Virus genome (UHGV): UHGV-2140017
Source of the DNA: a virus
Reading direction: 5' to 3' (one strand)
DNA: 24,660 nucleotides
Shown: positions 7,537-14,589 of the stretch, piece after piece
Position numbering within the stretch: position 1 is the stretch's first letter
Layout of the letters: each line of letters begins with the position of its first letter
The notes under the pieces: generated by a model
Told to the model about the DNA's origin: nothing
What the model saw: only the letters and a program-made list of their open reading frames with translations
Databases searched by the model: none
Program-made: the position numbers and the translations under genes

Positions 7537-9503
7537 GCTGCCTGCTCCTCTCTGTTCACGCACATTTCGGGTAAATTGGCGCGAACCAGCGCTTCGGCGA
7601 ACGGCGGCGGGACGGCATTTCCACAGCGCGCAACCTGCTTATCTTTCGCGTATTTCACGCCGCGGTAATCCTGGTCAATGATGTACCACTCGGGGAAGCC
7701 CTGCGCCCGGTAAAGTTCGTGTGGCTGCAGCATGCGCATGCCGATATCAACGATGCGGTAAGTCACTCCGCCGATTTCCACCAGCCCGGTGCATTCCTCT
7801 CCGCAGTATTCCTGCAGGAACGACAGCACCTGCTGCGCTCGCTCTTCGTCATAGTCCTCGACTGCCAGAGTCGTTTTAACCTCGCCTACGTGCTGGCCAC
7901 CAGCAGTGATAGTCGGCATCGGCTCGTCAGTGCGCTGGCCATCGCGGCATGTACCACGGAGCTTGATCAGATGAGACGTAACCATTGCGGCATCAGCCTT
8001 TGTCGTCATGGTTTGCAATGGCTCGCTAACGTCACGTGGCCTGCTCTGCCCAGCGCGACCGCCAACACCAACAATCTGAGCAGTAACCAGCGCATGATGA
8101 TCGACGGTAGTAACTGAATGAGCTGGTTCATCCAAGTCAATACCGGCGCCCTGATAATTCCCGCCATAGTGTTTCGCCAGGAATGCGGATACCAGTTGCG
8201 ATTTACCGCCGCCGCCCGCGGTGATTGTTGCGCTAGGTTCGTCGGCACGGTGTCCGATGCTGGCGCCGAACTGCCGGGCGATAACCGGAGCGACGACACA
8301 GGCGCGCGATTCTTTCATGATGGTGTGAGCGGGTTTATCGAGCGGGCGTGGTTTAGCCTGGTACTCGCTGCCGCCATTGCCAGCCAGGAACGGAGCCAGC
8401 TCTGCTTCAACAATACCCATAGCGTGACCATTCCCGTCCGGGCGCCTGGACGTGCCGGCGGTCACTGTCGGCAACGGATCGGTGACTTCCTGCCCGGTAG
8501 CTCCGGTTCGGAATTTTGTCAGATGAGGTACCGCAATTGCGTAGCCGTGGGTTTTCGTAATCGTCTGTAGCGGATCGTCCAGCGCCTGTCCCCGGAAACA
8601 GTCGTATTTGCCACGTGTCGTTGTGTGATTGCACTTCACAATGAATGGCGAAGCACTTTCGATAACAAAGCGCTGAATGCCGCGGGCAATCCGTTTTAGC
8701 GTATTCTCTGCCAGTGACTTTTTGCGACCGAAGATGCTCGGCGCGGGGATTGACCAGTCTATGCATTCCGCAGCTGTACGCCATGGCTCCAGCTGGCCCG
8801 CCAGCACGGCGGCAGACTTCGGATCCCCGTGCGTGGCTTCCGGCCAGACTATCGGTTTCCCGTCCCGGCGCATCACCATGAAGAACCGCTTACGGATGGT
8901 CGGCGCGCCATAATCGCAGGCGCGCAGCTCGCGAAAATCGACGACATAACCCAGCCCGGCAATTAAGCGCTTGGCCTGCTCGCTATCCGGTGAAAACTCC
9001 AGAAACTCGCAACACTCCACCAGTGCAGGATGATCTGCTGGAATACCGGTGGTAAGCATCCCGACAAATGCATTGAAAGTTTCACCGATGCGTGCCGGAT
9101 CCGGTCGCATTTCTGCCGCGAGTAACGGACCCCATGTTTTGAACTCTTCGACGTTTTCCAGCATCATGACTCGCGGGCCAACATCCAGCGCCCAACGAAT
9201 GACGATCCATGCCAGCCCTCGAATAGCTTTCTCTACTGGTTTAGCACCTTTCGCTTTAGAAAAGTGACGACAGTCAGGCGAGAACCATGCCAGGCCGACA
9301 GGCTTGCCACTGGTAGCGGCTAATGGAGATACATCAAACACACTTTCGCAATAGTGAAGCGTGTCGGGATGGTTAGTGCGGTGCATAGCAACGGCGTTAA
9401 CATCGTGGTTAATCGCGATATCAACGCTACGCCCTATCGCCAGCTCAATACCTGTACTGGCGCCACCGCCACCAGCAAAATTATCGACAATAATCTCACG
9501 CAT
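7533..9503 (-). CDS. DNA (cytosine-5)-methyltransferase, 656 aa, with an expanded repeat-containing variable region
   Basis: C5-MTase motifs in canonical order: I DNFAGGGG, IV-like FSPDCRHFS, VI MMLENV, IX RMLQPHELYRAQGFPEWY, X ARCGNAVPP. Residues ~300-545 hold seven tandem D/E-x-P-x-x-T-[IVM]-T modules. Confidence 0.85.
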   Translation of the reverse strand: MREIIVDNFAGGGGASTGIELAIGRSVDIAINHDVNAVAMHRTNHPDTLHYCESVFDVSPLAATSGKPVGLAWFSPDCRHFSKAKGAKPVEKAIRGLAWIVIRWALDVGPRVMMLENVEEFKTWGPLLAAEMRPDPARIGETFNAFVGMLTTGIPADHPALVECCEFLEFSPDSEQAKRLIAGLGYVVDFRELRACDYGAPTIRKRFFMVMRRDGKPIVWPEATHGDPKSAAVLAGQLEPWRTAAECIDWSIPAPSIFGRKKSLAENTLKRIARGIQRFVIESASPFIVKCNHTTTRGKYDCFRGQALDDPLQTITKTHGYAIAVPHLTKFRTGATGQEVTDPLPTVTAGTSRRPDGNGHAMGIVEAELAPFLAGNGGSEYQAKPRPLDKPAHTIMKESRACVVAPVIARQFGASIGHRADEPSATITAGGGGKSQLVSAFLAKHYGGNYQGAGIDLDEPAHSVTTVDHHALVTAQIVGVGGRAGQSRPRDVSEPLQTMTTKADAAMVTSHLIKLRGTCRDGQRTDEPMPTITAGGQHVGEVKTTLAVEDYDEERAQQVLSFLQEYCGEECTGLVEIGGVTYRIVDIGMRMLQPHELYRAQGFPEWYIIDQDYRGVKYAKDKQVARCGNAVPPPFAEALVRANLPEMCVNREEQAA

Positions 9504-10449
9504 GAGCGGTCCCCCTCATGCTGCCGACCAGCCCACCAGCAACGGTGATGATTTCGCTGGTGGGCACGCGCTCCAGCCACAACTGGTTAATGTGGGCCTT
9601 CAGCTTGTTCTGCTGGGAGAACTCCAGATCCTCTGCGCCTTGTACCTGTCCAAAGACGAGTCCAACTTCCAGTGGCCAGATCCGGGATTCAGGCTCAGCC
9701 AATGATGCAACAGCATCGGGGATGATCACTTCAGGAGACTGAACTGGCGAAACTGGTGACAGGAATTTTCCTGCAGCAAACTCAGCCAGCGCCATACTTG
9801 CGCGCCCTTTTGCTTCCAGCTCAACGCGATCGATATAGCTAAAATGTTCACCGCGCCAGGTCTTATCAAATACCGCAATGGCCCCGGCAAAGAATGCGCT
9901 GGTGGGCTTCTGCTTTTCGTCGGCCGGCACAAACCACGTTGGGAGATCGAATCCAATACGACCACGAATAAACATGATGTGATCGGCATATTCCGGCCAC
10001 CATGTTTCACTTGTTGCTGACTTCACGAGGTAAATGTAACGACCACCCTTTTCACGCTGTTCGGCGGTATAGTTCATAATATGAGTCATGCCAGTGATGG
10101 CTTGTTTTTCATGGTACTGCGAACGGCTGTACGGCGGATTAGCAAAGGCCGCTCCTCCGAGTTCTACCAAACGACCAGACCAGTCCTGCGTCAGCGCATT
10201 ATCTTCAGCGGTATACCATGCCGGACATTTTGTATTGCTGTCGTCTGCAAACAGGTCCAGTACGAGCGGGCCAAACATAGCGTTAATGCCCCAGAACAGC
10301 AGATCTGGTGTCCGCCATTGATCGCCAACCTCTTTCAAATAATGCGCATTACGCTGGCGCTGTTCCTCAAGTGCCAGACAATAAGCGCTGATGGTTTTTG
10401 TTAAAGTTTGCTCTGCTGCGGTCATAGCTTCTTGTACTTCCTGACTCAT
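9496..10449 (-). CDS. Phage Dam-type DNA N6-adenine methyltransferase (PF05869-like) with C-terminal extension
   Basis: W-x-TP...FANPPYS catalytic motif with the flanking pattern of the phage Dam family; ~110 aa unrecognised C-terminal tail. ATG start overlaps the upstream stop (ATGA). Confidence 0.8.
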   Translation of the reverse strand: MSQEVQEAMTAAEQTLTKTISAYCLALEEQRQRNAHYLKEVGDQWRTPDLLFWGINAMFGPLVLDLFADDSNTKCPAWYTAEDNALTQDWSGRLVELGGAAFANPPYSRSQYHEKQAITGMTHIMNYTAEQREKGGRYIYLVKSATSETWWPEYADHIMFIRGRIGFDLPTWFVPADEKQKPTSAFFAGAIAVFDKTWRGEHFSYIDRVELEAKGRASMALAEFAAGKFLSPVSPVQSPEVIIPDAVASLAEPESRIWPLEVGLVFGQVQGAEDLEFSQQNKLKAHINQLWLERVPTSEIITVAGGLVGSMRGTAHA

Positions 10450-10640
10450 AGTTTTCCCCTGCGCTGATCAGCATGAACAAGTGCTCTCAGTAACCAGTAA
10501 CGGCGATCAAAGCTGAAAAGGTCATCTCTGAGGAGTGCATATTTTCTGCGAAAAATAACGTCGTGCTGCCACCAGTAACGCCAGTGATGCAAACACACAA
10601 GGCGCCGGAGACTTATCAAAATCTTCTTCAATCGGAGCAC
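10446..10640 (-). CDS. Hypothetical small protein (64 aa), uncertain
   Basis: Fills the gap between the PerC-like and Dam-type genes and its stop overlaps the Dam ATG, but GTG start, W/R-rich composition and no clear RBS. Confidence 0.25.
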   Translation of the reverse strand: MLRLKKILISLRRLVCLHHWRYWWQHDVIFRRKYALLRDDLFSFDRRYWLLRALVHADQRRGKL

Positions 10641-11086
10641 AAGTCACCTCCGCAGTAATTTCCGGCCAGATAGCATGACCCGGCAGAATCATTCATGTTT
10701 CTGGCGTTTCGAACAGAAGCATTCTTAAGACGCAGGTATCGCTCTCTTGCTTTAACCGTACAGTTGCTGTCACAAAGTTGCTGCCATACCGTCGCCGCAC
10801 GGCGGTAATAGCGTTTCTCTTCCAGCTTTTTGGCTGTCGCTTCAAGGGCAAGAATCTCCCCCGAAAGCCCACCAGGCAGGTACTCTTCAATATCGATGGA
10901 TCCCGCAACGAAGTAGATAAACCCACCAGTAACTTCAACGCTGGCAAGTTCCCCGTCGTAGTACAGGCGATGAACAGCGCTCTTCACTGTTACCGGTTTG
11001 GTTTCAGGAAATGCCGCAGTTATATCGCGCAGCATTTTGCCTGGATTCTTCTCAATAAATTCAAAGATCGACTTGGCTATGTTCAT
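10628..11086 (-). CDS. Putative ANR/PerC-family regulator-like protein
   Basis: C-terminal KLEEKRYYRRAATVWQQLCD resembles the RRAA-x-x-W core I recall for PerC/ANR proteins; N-terminal half looks like a winged helix. ATG overlaps the upstream stop. Confidence 0.4.
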   Translation of the reverse strand: MNIAKSIFEFIEKNPGKMLRDITAAFPETKPVTVKSAVHRLYYDGELASVEVTGGFIYFVAGSIDIEEYLPGGLSGEILALEATAKKLEEKRYYRRAATVWQQLCDSNCTVKARERYLRLKNASVRNARNMNDSAGSCYLAGNYCGGDLCSD

Positions 11087-11994
11087 CCCCGGAACCCCCG
11101 TGGAATCGTGGTTTGTACTGGACTAATTGAATTAACATCCCGCGGTCTGGTTTTGTCCCACGACTCCCTTGGCGGGCGGCCTTTAGCATCCCAACGGATA
11201 GCGCTTTGCAGATATCCCTCGAATTTTTTAGGGCCAAAAAGTGTCTCGGGGCGCATGTACTGGTATTGCTCGTCGTTGCCATGCCAGTGCTCATGCTTGA
11301 CGTCAATTACCAGTTTCAAGTCGCTAACGGTATGGCCTTCGCGGAGGCGGGCGCGAATGTTCTCCAGCGAGGTCTTAGATTTCTGGTAACGGGAACCGCT
11401 GACCAGATTCAGGTGTGCCAGAACTTCGATCGCGTTATCGGTAATAACAACTTCAGGATCCGGCTTATCTTCGGGTTCCGCAGGAGCCCGACAAGAAGGT
11501 TTTTTAGATGACGGATCTAATGACGGATCTAATGACGGATCGCCTTCAACCATTGAGGGGTCCTCCCGCAATATTTGAGGGGGTACAGACCCATTATTTG
11601 AGGCATCAGAATTTGACCCCTCAAATTTTGAACCCTCAAATTCTGAGGCATCAAATTTTGATTGTTCACGTGGCGTTGCGTAGAAGATTTTTGCTTCAGC
11701 TGCTGCACGTTCAAGCATGTCCACATTGAGTTTATAAACGTTCGAATTATTCTTTCCGCCCACGCGCCGTTCCTGCTTCTTCAGCCAGCCTTTAGCCTGA
11801 AGCTTTTTGATAGCGCTGCGGACAGTATTCTCGCTCTTGGCGCCGATCTGTCGCTGAATAGTGGTTACCGCTGGCCATGACACACCTTCGTCATTACTGA
11901 AATCTGCCAGGCGAGCCATGACCGCTATTTCTGAGATTATCAGCCCTTTGAAAGCGCATGCTTCCCATACGAGGCCGTGTAATTTACTGCTCAT
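11083..11994 (-). CDS. Phage replication initiator (O-like: N-terminal HTH, low-complexity linker, conserved phage C-terminal domain)
   Basis: N-terminal winged-helix region (ISEIAVMARLADFSNDEGVSWPAVTTIQRQIGAKSENTVRSAIKKLQAKGWL), linker encoded by the iteron DNA (DPSLDPSLDPSS), C-terminal domain typical of phage replication proteins. Position matches lambda O. Confidence 0.65.
   Translation of the reverse strand: MSSKLHGLVWEACAFKGLIISEIAVMARLADFSNDEGVSWPAVTTIQRQIGAKSENTVRSAIKKLQAKGWLKKQERRVGGKNNSNVYKLNVDMLERAAAEAKIFYATPREQSKFDASEFEGSKFEGSNSDASNNGSVPPQILREDPSMVEGDPSLDPSLDPSSKKPSCRAPAEPEDKPDPEVVITDNAIEVLAHLNLVSGSRYQKSKTSLENIRARLREGHTVSDLKLVIDVKHEHWHGNDEQYQYMRPETLFGPKKFEGYLQSAIRWDAKGRPPRESWDKTRPRDVNSISPVQTTIPRGFRG
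11508..11661. repeat. Iteron-like repeat array inside the replication initiator gene (candidate phage origin)
   Basis: Three tandem 12-bp units ATGACGGATCTA/ATGACGGATCTA/ATGACGGATCGC, then several direct and inverted copies of TTTGAGG/CCTCAAATT and two copies of GAGGCATCA(G)AATTTTGA in an AT-rich stretch. Confidence 0.55.
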
Positions 11995-12163
11995 GGCTAC
12001 CCTCTACTTCCCTGAACTTGCGTTGAAACTGATCGAGTGGGCTAAAGCACTCGTGGGAATAGCCTTCCCGCAGGTAGATGACGCGACGTGTCTCAGGCTC
12101 CCAGCGGATAACTCTGACTGGATTGCCATAGTGGTCTTTGAACTTCCGGTTAACTTCTCGCAT
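11984..12163 (-). CDS. DUF4222-like small protein (59 aa), absent from the ORF track
   Basis: Reads MREVNRKFKDHYGNPVRVIRWEPETRRVIYLREGYSHECFSPLDQFQRKFREVEGSHEQ in a different frame from the listed 115-aa ORF. GGAGGG RBS ~10 nt upstream; stop overlaps the replication gene start by 11 nt. Confidence 0.55.
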   Translation of the reverse strand: MREVNRKFKDHYGNPVRVIRWEPETRRVIYLREGYSHECFSPLDQFQRKFREVEGSHEQ

Positions 12164-12335
12164 AACGCTTTAGCCCTCCGGTTAAAGACCCCCACAACTC
12201 CGCGTGCCCGACTGTGGTTACACTCGACCCATTTACCGCATACCATGCGCTCATACCGAAACGACGAAACGCCCGGGATCGGGTACATCCGTAGTTGCGG
12301 TAATTGAAGATTTACGATTAAATTGCTCATGCGGA

Positions 12336-12887
12336 TTATTTCTCCATACACAAAGATTTATTCGCCACGACGCCCGGAGCTGCACACTCGCGGGCGTCAC
12401 TCTTTTCTGGCTGGCAAAAGACACGGAAAAGCAATGTCAAATGTTCCTGCCATTTCGCCATCACCTGATAACTGTTCTCCTCGATCTGCTCGCGTTCTGC
12501 CTGGTCAATAACACCGTCAGCTGTAGCTTTACGGAGATACTGTGAGTGCTTTCCGATCCACTCGATAGACTCCATCAGGCGCTGGTTAATATCGGCGTTG
12601 TCCACATCCTCAATGTCTGCCAGCGGCACAAAGACCCCGTTCGAGTGGCGCGCTATCGCATTGGCGATATGATTCGTCCCACCAGCACGCTGTAGAACCA
12701 TTGCCCAGCCGAGAGGGAAAATTTGATCACCATCGGCACGTAAGCGGTTAAACAATGCGTTTTCAGTAACGCCAAGCCATTCAGCTGCTTCTGCATACCC
12801 CCCGTCCAAATCAGTGATCGTTTTTTTAATCGCAGCTACCAGCCAAGCCGGCTGCTTATCAACTTTCCATTCTGGTTCTATACCCAC
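12336..12887 (-). CDS. CII-like / CP76-YdaT-type phage regulatory protein (putative)
   Basis: 183-aa ORF 28 nt downstream of cro, the cII position. GTG start preceded by AGGGGT. Family call rests on position and size only. Confidence 0.45.
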   Translation of the reverse strand: MGIEPEWKVDKQPAWLVAAIKKTITDLDGGYAEAAEWLGVTENALFNRLRADGDQIFPLGWAMVLQRAGGTNHIANAIARHSNGVFVPLADIEDVDNADINQRLMESIEWIGKHSQYLRKATADGVIDQAEREQIEENSYQVMAKWQEHLTLLFRVFCQPEKSDARECAAPGVVANKSLCMEK

Positions 12888-12915
12888 GGCTTACCCCCTA
12901 CCTCTGTGGTTTCTG

Positions 12916-13146
12916 TTACACCCCTGAAGCGCTATCGTTCTCATTAGCACCCTCGCCATAGAGCAACCAATGAGGATCGCAATGCAGGGCTGAAGACAAT
13001 TCAATGATGTAACGGGGCCTCTTTGTTAAACCCGCCTCGATCGCTTGTAATGACTGCTGGGTCATTCCGACCAATTCAGCCAATTGCGCTTGTGAGAGAT
13101 TCATCTCTTCACGTTTATTCTTTAATCTTTGAGAAATTGATCCCAT
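12916..13146 (-). CDS. cro: Cro-like HTH (XRE-family) repressor
   Basis: 76 aa with LSQAQLAELVGMTQQSLQAIEAG helix-turn-helix; divergent from cI across the operator region; GGAGG RBS. Confidence 0.8.
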   Translation of the reverse strand: MGSISQRLKNKREEMNLSQAQLAELVGMTQQSLQAIEAGLTKRPRYIIELSSALHCDPHWLLYGEGANENDSASGV

Positions 13147-13155
13147 AACACCTCC

Positions 13156-13214
13156 ACAGTTTTATCTGTATTTTTGAACAGATACTACTGTTTGTCAATC
13201 ACAGTTTAAACTGT
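13156..13214. promoter_or_regulatory. OR-type operator region: three ACAG-N6-CTGT operators with divergent PR (cro) and PRM (cI) promoters
   Basis: ACAGTTTTATCTGT (13156-13169), ACAGATACTACTGT (13178-13191), ACAGTTTAAACTGT (13201-13214), spaced ~22-23 bp. Minus-strand TTGACA -35 lies between sites 2 and 3. Confidence 0.7.
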
Positions 13215-13243
13215 GACCATGAGGCCATGGGAATGGAGGAGCT

Positions 13244-13876
13244 ATGAGCCTTGCAGAACGCGTAAAACAAAAAAGAATCGAACTTGGTCTTACTCAAGAG
13301 CAAGCAGCTGAAAAGGCAGGAATAAGGCAACAATCATGGGCCAGCATTGAGGATGGAAAAACTAAAAAGCCTCGCAACATAGTAGGAATAAGCAAAGCAC
13401 TTAAGTGCGACCCAACATGGTTGATGAACGGTGGGCCTTTCATGGCTCTGGCCGATGTGAATTCAAGGAAAGTACCTTTGATCAGTTACGTCCAGGCTGG
13501 GGCGTTAGCAGAAAAACACCCTATTGATGCATTTGATGGTAGCTTCGAATACATCATGACTGACCTTGATATTTCTGAGTTTACTTTTGCACTAAGGATA
13601 GAAGGTGATTCAATGGAGCCTGACTTTAAAGAAGGCGACATTATCATTGTTGATCCCGAGTTAGAGCCCGTTCCGGGCGAGTTTGTTGTTGCTAAAAATG
13701 GTGAAAATGAGGCTACTTTTAAAAAGTACCGTCCTACATTTACCGATATTTCAGGCCGCCAGCAATATGAACTGGTCCCCCTTAATGACGACTACCCCAC
13801 CATTAATAGCTCTGAACGCCCGTTGAAAATTATCGGCGTAATGGTCGAACATAGAATTTACAGGCGAAAAAGGTAA
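13244..13876 (+). CDS. cI: CI-type phage repressor (HTH plus LexA-like S24 peptidase autocleavage domain)
   Basis: N-terminal HTH LTQEQAAEKAGIRQQSWASIEDGKTKKP; C-terminal S24 features (GDSMEP with catalytic Ser, downstream Lys in ATFKKY). GGAGG RBS. Confidence 0.9.
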   Translation: MSLAERVKQKRIELGLTQEQAAEKAGIRQQSWASIEDGKTKKPRNIVGISKALKCDPTWLMNGGPFMALADVNSRKVPLISYVQAGALAEKHPIDAFDGSFEYIMTDLDISEFTFALRIEGDSMEPDFKEGDIIIVDPELEPVPGEFVVAKNGENEATFKKYRPTFTDISGRQQYELVPLNDDYPTINSSERPLKIIGVMVEHRIYRRKR

Positions 13877-13891
13877 ATCCTTCCTCACATG

Positions 13892-13914
13892 AACCGGCCG
13901 GCGCCGGTTTTTTT
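13892..13914 (+). terminator. Intrinsic terminator immediately downstream of cI
   Basis: AACCGGC-CGGC-GCCGGTT hairpin (7 bp) followed by a 7-T run. Confidence 0.7.
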
Positions 13915-13976
13915 ACGTCTTTAGTTTCATAAAAAACAATAAATTACAGTTTTTTTAGTATAGTTCATCACTCAAT

Positions 13977-14019
13977 ACAGTTTTGACTGTTGACTCATTA
14001 ACAGTTTTATCTGTATTAT
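13977..14019 (+). promoter_or_regulatory. OL-type operators overlapping a PL-like promoter directed into the 14123 gene
   Basis: ACAGTTTTGACTGT (13977-13990) and ACAGTTTTATCTGT (14001-14014, identical to the first OR site), overlapping duplicated TTGACT -35 hexamers and a TATTAT -10 candidate (~14014-14019). Confidence 0.65.
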
Positions 14020-14122
14020 TAATCCATCAACAGCGAATAGGCAGGACGCCCACGAAGTAGCCGCCCGGGGCATATGAAGACCGGGATGATTCGCTAACAG
14101 ATAAACCAAATAGGAACAGATC

Positions 14123-14356
14123 ATGGCGAGCAAAGGCATTGAAAACCTTATCAAGGACGCACTAGCAAACGGCTGTCATGTAGTCCGTAAAGCGCATCGC
14201 TTCGAGGTAAGCAAGAAAGGCCAAAAATCAATCACTCTTATTATTTGTGAAGATGGCACAGCTTACCGCGGGGATATTGATCTGACGATAGCCATAGCTA
14301 TTCGCACTCAGAAAGAAATGCGCAGCATCCTCGGCCTGCCGGCCAAGGCAAGTTAA
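14123..14356 (+). CDS. Hypothetical 77-aa protein, first gene of the PL-side transcript (lambda N position, not N-like)
   Basis: ATG with AGGAA RBS ~6 nt upstream. Mildly basic, no arginine-rich motif; no family recognised. Confidence 0.5.
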   Translation: MASKGIENLIKDALANGCHVVRKAHRFEVSKKGQKSITLIICEDGTAYRGDIDLTIAIAIRTQKEMRSILGLPAKAS

Positions 14357-14532
14357 TGACCACAGGTATCTTCGGGAGGGGTTGCGGGGCTGGATTGACC
14401 ACCAGCAACAGAAACTCACCCGACACACAGCAGCCGTTTAGCCCACGGCGTCGGGGGTCCAGTATTCCTGGATTAATACTGTAGGGGTTGAGCCGGTTGG
14501 TCGCCGGCGCCCCGCCCGAAGATACTTGATGC

Positions 14533-14558
14533 AACAAAAAAGCGCCCCATAGGACGCT
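14533..14558 (-). terminator. Intrinsic terminator (minus strand) downstream of the 156-aa gene
   Basis: Minus-strand hairpin AAGCGTCC-TATG-GGGCGCTT (8 bp with one G-U) followed by TTTTTTGTTG, ~30 nt after the stop at 14590. Confidence 0.55.
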
Positions 14559-14589
14559 TCGCTCTTTAACAATCTGGATATCTTTAACA

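Noticed and set aside
7719-8570. Plus-strand ORFs of 132 and 150 aa inside the C5 methyltransferase
   Set aside because: Antisense to a gene with clear catalytic motifs; arginine/cysteine-rich junk composition.
11508-11661. Tandem repeats that could superficially suggest a CRISPR-like array
   Set aside because: Repeats are 12 bp and contiguous, lie inside a coding gene, include inverted copies and have no adjacent cas genes; they fit replication-origin iterons.
12004-12351. 115-aa ORF on the minus strand between the CII-like and replication genes
   Set aside because: S/R-rich wrong-frame-like composition and no RBS; a well-formed 59-aa DUF4222-like ORF with GGAGGG RBS occupies another frame of the same DNA.
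13972-14154. 60-aa minus-strand ORF spanning the OL/PL region
   Set aside because: TTG start, hydrophobic low-complexity sequence, and it overlaps the operator/promoter and the start of the 14123 gene.
14559-14571. boxA-like sequence CGCTCTTTAACAA
   Set aside because: No adjacent boxB hairpin in nut order and no N-like protein; it sits between convergent genes beside a terminator, so likely coincidental.
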